This document shows positions 50,401 through 64,000 of a stretch of 64,000 nt of DNA, piece after piece. Origin of the DNA: Magallana gigas (lineage: Eukaryota); the NCBI RefSeq assembly GCF_963853765.1, contig NC_088861.1:2604001-2668000 (forward strand), written 5' to 3'. Every line of letters begins with the position of its first letter. Positions within the stretch are counted from its first letter, which is position 1. The position numbers and the translations under genes are program-made. Below the pieces are notes generated by a model, which had not been told where the DNA came from, made no database searches, and saw nothing but the letters and a program-made list of their open reading frames with translations.

Positions 50401-53400
50401 TGAATAGCCCCCCGTTTTATCATTTGTAACAAATAATAAAATAATAGGGCGTTTTTTAATCAGACTGAATAAAATATATAATTTGTGCATGTACGTTTAG
50501 GCAGAAAATGTGCCGAATGTGCAATAATTTCTGATCATGAGTGCTACACATTGCTTACGCATCTAATGGCTTGATTTTCAAAGTATGTGGTCGTTATTTA
50601 TTTTTGAAAAAAAAAAATGAAATTATTTTATTTACGACAATCCATTATAATTTACAATAAAATCTATTTACATGCTTTTGTAATTACTTTCATATTTCAT
50701 TAGACGTTTAGAATGGATATTTTTGCCAATGCTCAGCAATTTTTCAGTAATGCAATGCAAATGCTATGAATTTCAGCGACGTCCCTTGTAACTTGTATAC
50801 CTTTTCCATAACCGGTTTTCGAATTTGATTTGAGAAATATTTCATTATGTGTTTTTCTTCAATTAATACATAGCAAAGAATTCATTGTACATACAACAGT
50901 ATCCTCCGTGATATCTTCGTTCCCAAGAAATAATCCATTTCGTGTTAGAAAGACAACAGGAGGGTCGTTGATTGGCTGGATGTGGACGTTGATGGTTACT
51001 TGGGAGCTGGCTGGTGGGATATCTGTGTTGGACTGGTTCTCTTTCAACAGGATGTTGATTTCTTCATCTCCATAGCAGTCAAGACATGGAGTATACACCA
51101 AGCTAAGAAAAAGATGAGAAAAGTCACGAAAGCATATTATTTTCTTCTTCTAAAAAAAAATTATTGAATCTAACCATATTCAATTTGAAGCAGAAAGAAA
51201 AATTTTAAACGAGTATTTTTCTTCCTAAAAAAATTAACCACTAAAAAAATAATACATACAATCCATCACTAGAAACGGAAACTTCGCCTCTTTGTGTTTT
51301 GTTTAAGAGGGAGAAAATAACGCTGTCTCCTTCTTCATCTACTGCTGAAAGCTGATAGTGCAAAGTTCCTATAAGAATTAAACAAAATATCTTTCAGTCT
51401 TCAATATACAATGTAACCTAACAATATGCTGAGAAATTAGTAATCCCTAAAAAATTCACTGCTGACATCCGTTGTTATTTATTTGCATTTCATTTATATT
51501 AGAATGCTAGAATAGTGTATATTTGACACGACTGTGATTTGTCTAGATGTTTCATAGAGAAAAGTAGACAATAATCTCGTTACCCGAGTCTTCCATTATG
51601 TTGACTTGAGTTTGACTGTCCAGTACTGGTGCAGAATTATAAATAGAGGCACTTGTCAGAGATAGAATGAACATTGTCTCCTTCTCATAATAATCTGTCA
51701 GAGTTACTGCCCTTCTCCTCCTTGTCTTTATTTCATTAATCTTGCCTTCTGTGTGAGTATTGCACACCTGTACAATACAAATCAATTACTCATTGATTAA
51801 TGAAATCTTATCTGGCTCATGCAATGTTTGCTATTTCTTTCACATTTTGTAACTTATTAAACAGTTAATGAATGTACTGTACCTTGACAGACATGGTTTG
51901 TTTGTCTGGGTGGTAGACTTCCTGTTCTTCTGGAGGGAGATGTTTACAAGTTCTGCTTGAGATCTCCCAGTACTGCATCACTGAAATATCGAACAATTAT
52001 GTGTTACACAAAATGAACTTAATAAGGTTTCTGAAGATTGATTGTCAAATGATTAGAATTATTGGGGAAGGTTTGTTGTTTAAAAGTACTGCTGCTTGCA
52101 AAATTATATGCCTTTGACGCATGGATACAAATACTACAGTACCCGTTGTTTAAAGATAACTTTTATCTTGAATTGAGTTAACATTTAAAAAAAAATTGAA
52201 TATCTTTAGTCCAAAATTGTTTTAAAAAAGATTTGAAAATGTTATTTAGACAATAAAATGATTTATTTGGTGATTTATGTTGGTATGAAGGTAGGGAGCA
52301 TTGCAGAAAAAATACATAACCCGCGTTAGGTTATTTTCCCTGCAATAATGACTACCTATGTAATCTGTAGAATCATTTTATTGTTTATACTTCATACTTG
52401 TTCTTGAAATAATTATTGAGTTAAACATAATGAAGAGTTTTAAGTAACTAACTTATGGTTAATGTACATAGTACGTTTAATAAAATAAATAGAAATAATT
52501 ACTCTTCTTATAAGAGAATACTAGTCTGACTGATTTAACTTAGGTTGTTAATGTTGTAATGCAGTTGCAATTGAAAATGTATTTTCACGTTTTGCTACAA
52601 AGTTTTACATTTTCCTTGGTCTTGAACGGTTTTATAAGAAGTCTTTAAACTTTAGAATAGACAAACATGTGCAAATAAGATCAAAATTGTGTGCACTGTT
52701 CATTATTTTCGTTTTTAACAAAGAACTATATCTTAGAGGTGATTATGTGTTTCTTTTTTGTATGAATAAATCCCCAAAAATAGAAATGATATGTATAAAC
52801 AAACCTGGATTCCAATGAAGCAACATGGTTCTGTTGCCTGTGGTAACGTGGCCCACACTGTCAGGATATGTAATGACTACAGGACCTGGCATTGGCACAT
52901 TGCCAAGAGGAACAATAGAAAAGGCAAAATTCTGTCCAAAAAGCCTGAAATATTCAAATAATGCAAAGTAAATCCCAAAGGCTAAACAAGTTAAAAAACA
53001 ACCCTTTTAATGAGAGGAACCTGAGAAAAGTTATGAGATTATATATTATATATAGTATTTGATTGACCTTTTGTATAAAAGTCTGTCCACCATGTCTTTA
53101 GATGTTTCTGGATTCTTGATATAAGGAACATAATCTATGGAGGCGTCTGAGCGAAAGTCTTTGGTCAGATCAGACTCACTCAATTTAGTAACAACAATAG
53201 CTTGGCCATCTGCTAGACCTGGCGATAGACGGAGTATAAATAGTTAGATAAACTGTTCAATTTAAATCTGTACATCTACATGCATAATGATATGTCTTCT
53301 ATAGATTTCGGTTTATATATTTGATGATATTTTATTCTTAACACAATTACCACTTGGTGTCTGGATATCAAGCTCTGCTGCTGCTCTTTTCCTACTCGTA

Positions 53401-56400
53401 ATTGAGAGCTTCTCTTCAATGGCGCTTCCATTGGTTGAGGTAGCCACCACAGAATCACTGTTGGTGATGACCACCACCCCTAGACTTTTGTTAGTACACA
53501 GCATTGCTTCGTTACACAGCCGCATGGTCACAAACATCTGCTGGCCCACCGGCATGGTAAAACTATTGGAAGCAGAGCTATTGGTGTTTGTGTAATCCTG
53601 ATAGGGTTTCAAGTCTGATAGTTTTCTGACCTCTACTCCGTTTATCCAGAGAGCTCCATCTTTGATTTCAGCAGAGCCAGACATATTGTAACCAACCCAG
53701 GTACAAGGTATAATGTCATCTGTTTCCTCTTCTGATCCAACACAGAGATCTATAATCCGTTCAATTAATATAGTTAGATAAATTCAGTACATAAAATGAA
53801 ACATTTTATAGATTTTTTAAAAATTGACACATAGTAAACTCAGAATAAGTATCTACATTCTTGTATAAAAATTTGATTACCTAAAATGGTTTAAATATTG
53901 CCTCATCAAATGTTGGTCATTTGTTATTCAATAAAATACAATTAACATTCACACAACTGAAATAATTCTTTTTTTTCCTTTTTGTTAAAAAGTACGGTGG
54001 TTTCAATAATATATAAGGGTATCAATTTTCGTGGATGAAGTAAAAATCAGAGTTTCAAGGATAGGTAAATTCGTGGCCAATGACCCTATTAATACAAAAT
54101 GTTAATAGAAATTGCATTTCGATGAACATTTAATTTCGTGGATCAACTAAACAACGAAATCCACGAAAATTGGTATTCAACGAATATTGATGAAACCACA
54201 GTAACCAACTATATTTTAAACTTTTCTTGTTGGTCATTTCCTGTTTGTTAAAAAGTATCCAACTATATTTTAAAACTTTTCTTGTTGGTCATTTGTTCAA
54301 AAACATAAATCGTAATTTGTAATTATGAGTAAGAAAATATAATCGCAAAATTCAGTATTGCTAAAAATTCTGGCATTATTCTTCTTCTACTCTTGATTTC
54401 ACACACCGTATCTGTTGACAGAGGGGTCTTCAGATTTGGTGAAAGTAAAGCCAACTGAGTTAGGATCCTGTTGTTGAAGAGAGTCTTTAGGATACACTTC
54501 CTCTAAGAAATGAGATGTGCCAGGTATTGTGTTGTTCACAGAGTCGACATCTGGTGGAATCAGCTTCACAATCACTCCTGTGTACAAAACAAGTATCAAC
54601 TTTATTCATTAGACTTTCTAAGCCTGTATTAATGGAAAATTTCGTGCCAATTGACATTTATAACATACCTCCAGTGTCTATGTATGTTGTATTTAGTCCT
54701 GCACCATTAGAACAAATGAAGCTGGCATAGTATGTTTTGTTATGTTCTAAAACTCCACCCAGCCTTTTGTTGATTCCTATGATACTCTGACCCGTAGAAG
54801 TGTAATTTTGAATATCTGTTGCTCCAGGTGAAGTACCAATAGCCCAGAAGTTTTCCTGAAAAACCCCCCAGTATCAATCATAATCAGAATTCATTTTCTA
54901 AATGCACAAAGTATAAGAGTCTCACATTCGCTTGTTAATTAAGAAATCAGTGTGTCTATCCTCATCCACTCATGAGTACATACATGTACATTATGTAGTA
55001 CATATTTTTCATCATCTTTACAGTACCCACAACGTTATTTTTACATCTCTATCTTTTCCTACCGCGAAACAATTCTGTCGTATAGTGCATGTTTACTGTG
55101 CCATTGAGCATTAATCCTATCAGGTTTATCGTTTAATATAACAGTTTATTTTTCGTTTATCCTATTGTGTTAATCGTAGCGTTCCTCTTTGTAACCAAGT
55201 AATTTTACTTTGAAGTTACAAATCATTCAATGCGTCGACAATTCCTCATACAATTTTATCTTGCATTCTATCATACTAGTATCCAGATTCATTAGACCAA
55301 TATCCAAAACAGAAAATACCCCCATATGAATAATATTAGTAAGTAATGAAAATGAAACATTTATGTGAATAATCGGTATTCTTAGAAACAAGGTAACATA
55401 TTTACGTGTATATCAAACATCGTAGGCGGAGGGTAAAACTGCGAAAACATTAGCTTGTATATAATATAATTCGTCATTTTAAGCATAGTTTTTACAAAAA
55501 CATAAAAAAAATATTTGTAATGCATAATTATTAATTTAAAGCAAGAGTTAATGTTTTAACTGAACACACTATTTTCCGTGTGATTTAAGATTTAATGTCA
55601 GGATGAGATGTTTGCGGCGATCGGCTGGACTGTACGGTATATGTAAAAGTATAAGTAAAAAGAAATTTTGCCGATATCCTGTTTCGTACGTGGTTTTTTT
55701 TTTCAAAATAAAATTTTGCCATTACAAGGCTAATAATGAAGATCGTTTAGAGCATTAATACGTTTATCATGAACATCGTTTATTCTTTTTTATCGTGTAT
55801 CAATCATGTCCTATCGTGCGTGTATCCTATTATATCGTGCGTGTTTGCTGTTCTATCGTGCGTTTATTCTTTCATATCGTGCGTGAATTCTATCCTATCG
55901 TTTATCTTTCAAAAAATAACGTTGAGGGTGCTCTACATGTACATTCTTATATTTAGATTATTCAAAAATGTAACACAGTTTTTGATTGGCAAATTAGGTA
56001 GTTATATATGCAAAAAACGTTTTCACTTCTTTGAAATGATAGGCAACACCATTCAGGGAGACGAATTTGCTCAAACTTAAGAGGCATACTTTGTCATAGG
56101 TTTTGAAAATGTATAATGATCAAAAGTTAATAAAACATTTTAATTAGATAACTACTCGTTTTACATAGACAACTGATATGGAACATTTAAAATTTTAAAA
56201 TATTTACGTGCTTCAAATTAGAAGTGCCAAATCTCGGATTAGATTTGCATATTGTACATGTACGGTATATCAAATTCTTTCTTCAACTAATTGCTAGAGT
56301 TTATCCGTACCATAATATCACTTTCTTTGTCATCACATTTCCAGATACATTTTATCGTGTCATTGGATTTCTGAAATTTGACAGGAGTATATTCTCCTTG

Positions 56401-59400
56401 TCCTACATCGTAGTAAAAGATGGCACTCATGACTTCTTGGTCAAACACAGGAGGTGAATCGTCGATATAAAATCCATTGGAGGAAGCTACAGCTGTGTCT
56501 CCCGATCCTGTCACACCTCTCACTGCAAATGAAATTGGAGGGCTACATTGAGTGATACAAAAGTTTAGAATTTCTACCTTTATGTGTTATTTGTAGATCC
56601 GTGTGATTTTATATTTATATTTTCATGCTATCCATTAAAACAATCATTAGATTTATAACATTGAAATAACATTACTACATATAGCTTAATTTACTAGTAC
56701 CAAAATATATACTTAGTAAACGATAAATGTATTTCCGCCATATTTATTCTAAATATATCATCCATTATAATTGTGATCATTTAAAATTATGATAAGGATG
56801 GCTCAATTGTATATAAAGCACCTGTGAAATAGTAAGTAACGATTTGTTGTATTTCATGACCAGTGTCATTCACTATTATTTTCTTCGATGGTAAGGTAAG
56901 ATTTGAGAGGGTGAAGGTTTTCAGTACAGTTTCTGCAATTTCACAGGATTCATCGCAAGCATATCTAGAACATTCGTCTATACATGGAATACATGGATGT
57001 TCTATCTGTAAAAACCCCAAAACCAAAATGATTGAGAATTTTCTCTGCAACAAAAGACGAAAAAAAAAAGAAATGTATGAGAGATCGATAAATATTATAA
57101 AGCATCTTAATGAAGCACCTCTCTAAACGCTGCAGCATCATCAGTCATTGATGTTGTGCCCACACCTGCTTCATACTTCATGATGGGGTTGGTGAAACTG
57201 ACAAACTGCTGACCAGATCTACACAGAGTTCCTACAGGGGGTGGCATTACGAGAGAAGAAACTGAGGCTCTAGCTGACCAAACACTGAACTTGTCCGAGT
57301 GTTCTGGTAACTGGTTCAGGCGTTTGAACACATGAAGGAACAGTAAAGCTTCAGTTGACAGATGAGGGACATCACAGATCTCATTCAGGAAGTCGTCATC
57401 CATGTACACCATCATGCAAATTACAGTCTACAAAAGAAAATCCTCAGAAGATGCACAAAGCTCCCACTATAGATTCATAAACGGAATCACATGATTTTAA
57501 GTAGAACATTTCGTCAAATATACTATATATTTTTTTCTTGAAAATTAAATTTTCAACAGTCGGATAAGGTGCTACGATAGCATGCTTACAGAAGTAGCCT
57601 CCTCATTTTTGACAGCAAATTCCACTTTATAATTATGAAAACCATCGCTTGGATCAACGTCAATCTCAGTAACCAAGTTTCTCATTCTGCTTGTGTCATT
57701 GAAATATCTGCACCAGGACACAATGAATGCACTTGTGTTGGTTTTCAAGTTTGCTGTCAAACAATAGATATTAAAACGGTCAATTGAATTTCAAAATTCG
57801 AAGGCATAATCTTTATTCATCAAGGCTTAAAATGCATACACTTGTCAAGTTTACAAAAAACCCAAACAATTAGAATTATTTTTACCAAATAAAATAATTT
57901 TGGAAGATTAAATATTTTAGAGTATTTAGATATGCTTTTTGGTGATAATAATTACAGACCATGCACTTTAATAAAGACATTTAAGAAAAAATAAACCACC
58001 TGAATATATCTGCACTCCACAAGAGTCTTCTGCTGTACTAGTTGTAACACCAGGCTTGTAAATGACACTTGACCCTTGTTTGTCAACCACGTCATACGGA
58101 GAGAAGGTCACATTTTCTGGTGTGGTGGTGGTAGGGGCAGGGGTGGTGGTGAATGTCTCATTCAGATAAAAACCTTGGTTCATCAAGTAGCTTGTACAGT
58201 TGCAGCCGGAGCACCACTAGATATAATCCAGTGAATATAATAATTGAACATATCGTGTTGCTGTTTAATAACAGACACATTGCAAATATATCCAAATATA
58301 TACACGTAATACTTCTGTTTTAGTATGCTATTTAGAGTCGTAACTGTCATTTTCATTCAAACAATCATTTAAGAAAACAGCTAGGTAAAAGAACATGTGT
58401 ACTGTTAAACTCAGATCACTCTTCATCATGTCCTTTCCTATTTTTATTGTGATTTTTATAAATAGCGACTCTGTAATTTGTTATTCCAGTTAATAGCCTC
58501 TTGATATAATTTTTCTTTTTTTCTATTTACAAACTTTACTTATGGGAAGGCAGAGGTCGACATTTGATGAGTAACATTGAAATTATACACGTACTTGAGG
58601 TAACGGATCTACAAAACAGCAGTCGCAGTTGACAAACTCTGCCTCTGGCTGATACTTGTATGTGGCAATGCCCTCCTCTGGACCATCCCAAAACAATATC
58701 TCTGTTACCGCCTCCCCATCCCGACCAGCAGCTTGTAATCTTATCTGATATTGTAATTAATTCATTTTATTTAGTTAGACATTATATTAGTATATATTTT
58801 TTTGATGGAACAATTTTACTCAACAATACCATAAAGACAATTTTCAGTATAAAATAAAGTTAGAATTCTTGGATTTTTACCAATATGTATATACAATATT
58901 ACTGATATTCAATATCACTTAATATCAGTAGTAAAACCTTGTAGGTGCCACCATTGTAGAGTTCTGCTCTTCTGTAGATAGCACCAGCTCCCATGATGTC
59001 TCTGTTGGTAGAATCTTTGGTGAGGACAAGTTTAATGTCTACAATGTCCTCGACAGGGGCTGGAATGACATACTTGTCCTCATACTTTATCCTCCAGGCT
59101 TCTCCATCAGGATCCAGCATCCCAAGCTTATTCAGATGTCTCCATTCAGTGTTGTCCCTCATTGATATTTCCTGATCAGGACAGGTGTGTTGCAGGAAAT
59201 AGGGATTGGCAAAATGTAGGAAAGTTCCTGTATAGCCAATATTAAACAAAATAATCAATATTCCTTAGTTATGTTCATATTCATAATCCTATTTCGGCTA
59301 AGGTCATTATCATCAAGTCTCAGAAACATTTTTCCTTTTTCAAGAAAAATTATCTATCGTACATCAGTCATATACTACATGTAAAAACCGTTACTTATAT

Positions 59401-62399
59401 TTAACTACAGGTAACTCTCGATAGCTCGAAGTCCATGGGACCGAGGAAAAACTTCGAGGTTTCAAGAGTTCGAGTTTTCAAGAGTTCGGAATTTTCCAGG
59501 TTGACCGACGGGTTTTAAAATTAGTCTTACCGGATGTTATGATTCAGCCATTTATTTAGTGCTAACCTTACGCACGTGCTTAAACAACGTTTTCTTTTCA
59601 GTAAAATATACAGAAATTGATGTTTTTCTTTAAAACTGAATAAAACAAGTATTAAATAAATTCATAATAATTATTTATTTTATGCATCATATTAATACCA
59701 GATTGCTCAGTACTACTGTACTGCGAGACGATCGAAATGTCATAAATGTGATATCTGAGTACCACCCATTGTTCCCACTGTACGGGTCCTTCACCAGCTG
59801 TAAGAACTTGTTCAGGAATAATCATTATAATGAAAATGATGCTGCTAAACATAATTTTTAAAGTTTTATAATTCTAAAATTTGACCATGGCTCAATATCA
59901 TCGTTTCGTCTCAATTATTTTCTCATTTTCATTGCGTCTCCAAATTATCGTAAAACGGTTGGTGTTGATTATAGATTAGGTATCGGTATGGGCAATCATC
60001 AAACAATTCTCACCTTGCAGGACAAGTGTCGCCTAAATAAACAACCCGTGACACGGGTCCCGCGTCTAACGCCTGGAGCAATTTAAATGACCAAGTAGGT
60101 GTTAATTAGGTATAGCGCTTGGAGATACAGGGCGACTTCGAGGTATCGAGGGTAAAAAACTATAGATTATGAATAACGGGACTTCAGTTTGACTTCGAGG
60201 GATCAAGGGTTTCGAGAGATCAAGAGTTCGAGAAATGAAGAGTAAATTTGCTTAGTTATATAGGGGAAAAAATCGGGACCCTAGACTCACTTCGAGCAAT
60301 CAAGAACTTCGAGGGATCGAAGTTCGAGCCATCGAGAGTTACCTGTATTTACATAACTTGCGAAAGTCAATATCAATAAATTGGTATCGAGGTTATAAGC
60401 AAGGGAGTATATTATTAAAATATTAATTTTGCCTTGGCAAAAGGTTGGATCATAGAACCACAGTCGGTCACTCTGGAAATTTATTCCATTCTTGACTACC
60501 CCAGGACTTGGAAGAGTAAAGTCAACAAATACTGGAGGAGACTCTATCACCACAGACAGACCAGCGCAGTTAATCACTCGCAGCTTCACAAAGTAGGGAA
60601 CATTTTTCTGAAAAAAAAACCTCATCTTCTTCAACATTGCTGACTAGCATATATGATTAGATTTTATTTACATAGTTTTACAGTATCTGTAAAGTTAAAT
60701 AATTCAATCAAAGATATTCTGATTTTTTACCTCAAGTTGTTGGTCCACCAACTGGTAGAAGGAGTAGTTTCTACTAAGTGTTATCCAGTCAGTGACTAGG
60801 ACTATCTCACTGTTTTTCTGGCATGTTTTATTCTTCCATAGGGATACCTCAAACGTAGAAATTCCAGACTGAAAGTCTTCAAATCCCTCCCAGGTTACAT
60901 TTATGCTACTGTTGTCAGTGGTATAAGCCATCTTATGAAGAACGTACCAAAATAAAACAAAAATCATAAGCGAACTCTTTTGTTAAAGAACAAGTTATTC
61001 TATTGTTCTGGAAGTATCCGATTATAACAGGCCGTATTCAAATTAACACTTACTACTGAACAATGAAATACTGATTCATTCAAACTCTGATGTTCACTAA
61101 GAACCTTATGACATAAAGCAATTCAATAACCTACCATATCATACCAAGGCCCTATTCTTAGTCGTCCCACCTCAGGAGGGGTAACGTCCACCAAAAACTT
61201 TGAGAAAGTCATTTCACATGCTCCTGACTTGTCAGTGCCTGTAATCATATTTCATAAAAAATTAATCACTTTTCAAAATGCTTTAAGAAGATATCATACG
61301 TATAATCTTATGAACTTTAACATGGGATAATATACAAACCCATGACCCAAACATAGTAAGTTTTTCCCTGTTCCATTTGGAGGCCTGATATGTTGGTGTA
61401 AGTGTCATGTCCCATGTTTGTGACATCAAGGACAGAGAACAATGATTTCCTCTCTTGTTCTGGTAAATTACCACCATCAATCTAAAAAGATATTAACTCG
61501 ATAAGCTGTTTGTTCTATTCAAGTTCATCAAAATATTTCATTAACGATGTCAGTGAAAAGTTTCCAAATAAAACTTTGATCACAATAAGGTCATTTGATA
61601 AGAAAAGAACATATTTATGTCAACATAAATCTTAGTACCAAGCATGTAGGTCTAGTGTTCAGTTAAGTCTTTAATTAAATAAAACCTCTATGATTAAACA
61701 CTCACATATTGTTTACAGTTCGTGAAGTTGGCTTCAGTGTGATTTGAAATTGCTATATAGTGCATCAAAATGCCAAGTTTAGAGGTGAATTTCTCGTATT
61801 GTACTTCTAGCTCTGATGACTGAGACACACATGGACCAGGCATCAATATTGATCCGACTAGAAAAACAGTATAATAATAATCCTTTATGTTTGTAATTCA
61901 TTTAAATGTAATATGTGCATGTAACTGTCTAACATGAAAAAAATCACGAATCTACATATAATTTTTTTTCTTAAGATTGAGCTATGATAATGGAAATTTG
62001 AATTTGATAGTATTTACCAGTAACTCCTCCATCATATCCTACATAGAAACCATTGGATGTCACTAGGGTTCTGGAGAATGATTTACTAATGGCATACACT
62101 GAGAAATAATAAACAGCAATGCCTGCAGTCAGGTCAAGGTCATAAAAGGTCACTGAAGTGTTTGTTCCCACATTAGTATATGGTACCACATCATCTCTGG
62201 TGTGGTTGAATCGGCGGTCAGTTCCCAGTGCCACCAGATAATATGCCACTTGCTGACTGCCATCCTGTTCCTCAAGTTTGTTTTTATCTATCTGTATTCC
62301 TGGATTACCTGTAAGCAAATGAGATAAACAGGTTTTTAATGAAATGAATAGAAGCAAATGAATAACTGCTGTCTATGGAATACAAGTATTCAAACAAAA

Positions 62400-62451
<52 letters not shown>

Positions 62452-63932
62452 GATAATATCCGAATTAGGTTTAACATTGTTAATTTTGTGTTAATATGAA
62501 AATATGTCAATCATTTCATTGTCAGTAAGTTACGTTGGACTTTAAACTACAAGAATTTCTACTTTGGCATATTTTTAATCAGGAAAGGGCGCAATTTTAT
62601 TCAATTACTAAGGAAATGTGTTAGTAATATCTAATATTAAATTAACACGAGGATCAAAGTCTGTCTTGCAATTACATGAATTGTGATCTCCGCGTGGAAT
62701 CATAATATACACTCGTCTTATTAATACAAGTACTCATGACATTTTTGATATATCTGTTTCAAAAATTCGTACCACTTTTGATATTAATTTGAGATATTGC
62801 ATCTGCTGGCAGCCCAAACCCGTTCCAGTTGGCTGATACTGTAGATTTAGTAGGTTGATAATTCAGATCATAACCATTGATGTCTCCATCAAACACCTTG
62901 CCTGGCAGAATAGGTGTCTCCTGTACTGTCACACCATTGGATCTCATGGTATATTCATATCCTATGGCATTTGTCACTCTTACCAAGTTTATGTAGGTTT
63001 CTAAATTCTTCATGACTAACCCATCATTCAGTCCTCTTGTTTTCACTTTAATAGAATTTGTAAAAATATGATATTGTTTATTCTTTTTTCAATCTTTAAC
63101 AGTACTGTTATTGTATCTGACTTATACCATGCGGATATAATAATACATGTATTGATTCATCCATACCTCCCATATCCAGAAAACTGGAGACCTCCAGTCC
63201 ATCAATTCTCCTGATAGCCCACTCATACTTAACCGCTGGACAGGGGTCACCTGACATGTCCCACCCAGCCTGCATGGTGTTTATATCTGTCTGGAAATCT
63301 CTGCAAGAAAAAAGTAGCACAATTAATTTTTACATAGTAATTCATTTCCTTTACTTTATCTTCATATTATACAATTCAGAGAATGTACTCACACGTCAAC
63401 ATCTTCTCCATCAGTCATGTCAAAGACACCAATAGGAGACAGGGGTGGTTTCCTTTGACTCAGGTACGATATGTAAACGCCACCAGAAGTGGAGACACTA
63501 CTTAATCCTGCTCCATTGATCCCCTTTACTGAGACAAACAACTGCAAATACATTCAAAATAATTTGTGAACCACAACACCATTTTAAACTTTCGTTATAA
63601 CCATTATATTTTTGAGTCTTTTATAAATCTTCCTTGTCCTTGAATAACATGATGTTATTCCTGTAGAAAACTTTCACTTAAAAGCAGTATCTCAAAATTG
63701 TCTGGGATGTATGACATACTGCAATTTTATGGATTTTAATTAGAATTTAGATTTCTGAAAAATCATTCATTATAAATCAACACATCACATAAATATACAT
63801 AAACAATACTCTACCTGTCTGTAGCCATCCAGGTTGAGTCCAGTGACCGTGTGATGTTTACTGTCTGCAGGGATTTTGTAGAAGGCTTTGACCTGTCCCC
63901 CTCCTGGTGTTGTTCCTACAGCTACCTGATAC
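43720..63932 (-). CDS. 3' portion of a giant uncharacterised single-pass membrane protein (FN3-like repeats, Cys-rich and Thr-rich linker, cadherin-like region, 2 EGF, TM, acidic/Pro-containing tail); 5' end lies beyond the window
   Basis: About 30 spliceable exons, e.g. 63932-63815 (YQVAVGTTPGGGQV), the 62.3 kb exon (YYLVALGTD...TSNGFYVGYD), 60.6-60.43 kb, 59.2-58.94 kb, 56.5 kb (SSNGFYIDDSPP), 53.7-53.35 kb, 51.7-50.8 kb (NSAPVLD...MEDSG; INDPPV), 49.48-49.15 kb ([24 protein letters not shown]...TM WMIFVIVLMVIIILVLIIIAIY-RYRTQR), then phase-consistent tail exons at ~47.3, ~46.8, 46.66-46.35 and 44.19-43.72 kb. Not every internal boundary was verified. Confidence 0.85.
44550..44762. mobile_element. 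MITE family C copy 1 (TACTGTGGTTTCAT...ATGAAACCACAGTA)
   Basis: 14-bp TIRs; homologous to 53992-54203, with a partial copy at ~28150-28230. Confidence 0.85.
47340..47412. repeat. (TA)n microsatellite, ~36 units, followed by a TACTGTAAAC-type MITE end
   Basis: Direct observation. Confidence 0.95.
48330..48678 (+). mobile_element. Helentron-associated / pearl(CvA)-like non-autonomous element
   Basis: 5' subterminal repeat GTCCTCTACCGG, (GACG/GGAC)n microsatellite at ~48575-48628, and 3' hairpin AGTCCCCTCCGGTTAAAAACCGGTAGGGGACT. This is the architecture described for bivalve pearl/HINE elements. Confidence 0.7.
52250..52390. repeat. ~140-bp foldback palindrome (MITE-like)
   Basis: ACAATAAAATGATT ... 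AATCATTTTATTGT outer arms; inner AGGTAG..ATTGCAG / CTGCAAT..CTACCT. Confidence 0.7.
53992..54203. mobile_element. MITE family C copy 2
   Basis: TACGGTGGTTTCAA ... ATGAAACCACAGTA; internal similarity to 44550-44762. Confidence 0.85.
55765..55905. repeat. Degenerate 21-bp tandem repeat (TATCGTGCGTG core)
   Basis: About 6-7 units with TATCGTG recurring every 21 nt. Confidence 0.8.
59408..60345. mobile_element. 938-bp non-autonomous Tc1/mariner(Tigger/pogo)-type element
   Basis: TA|CAGGTAACTCTCGATAGCTCGAA ... TTCGAGCCATCGAGAGTTACCTG|TA, with repeated TTCGAG subterminal motifs and no transposase ORF. Confidence 0.88.
62400..62450. repeat. (CTAT)n microsatellite
   Basis: Direct observation. Confidence 0.95.
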
Positions 63933-64000
63933 CTGTGTGAATTCATAAGGTCTGTTCTACAATATGCATTTATTTGCTTTCATATGCAAGAGTTTATCTA

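Overview
AT-rich, intron-rich animal genomic DNA; the repeat families and gene structures look like a bivalve, probably an oyster (inference). I assembled five protein-coding genes by hand from splice signals and reading-frame phase. (1) A 4-exon CLIC chloride intracellular channel, minus strand, 189-2276. (2) A 14-exon FANCG-like TPR protein, minus strand, 14085-22237. (3) An intronless LSM10 CDS, plus strand, 22549-22995, head-to-head with FANCG. (4) A complete 16-exon NOX2/gp91phox-type NADPH oxidase of 568 aa, minus strand, 25022-38238. (5) The 3' part of a very large, unidentified single-pass receptor (FN3-like repeats, cadherin-like region, EGF, TM, acidic tail), minus strand, 43720 to beyond 63932. 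Introns and intergenic DNA hold many short non-autonomous transposons (TA-, TTAA- and 9-bp-TSD types, a Helentron/pearl-like element, tRNA-derived copies). The most unusual observations are: a TATA/Inr transcription unit at ~40.4 kb whose predicted first exon (44 nt) is exactly duplicated so that it also forms the acceptor of its own intron; a 768-bp minisatellite foldback element upstream of NOX; an in-phase cassette-like exon inside a transposon in the giant gene; and an SQ/TQ cluster plus a uORF/hairpin leader in FANCG. No database search or alignment was run. Family assignments rest on remembered motifs.
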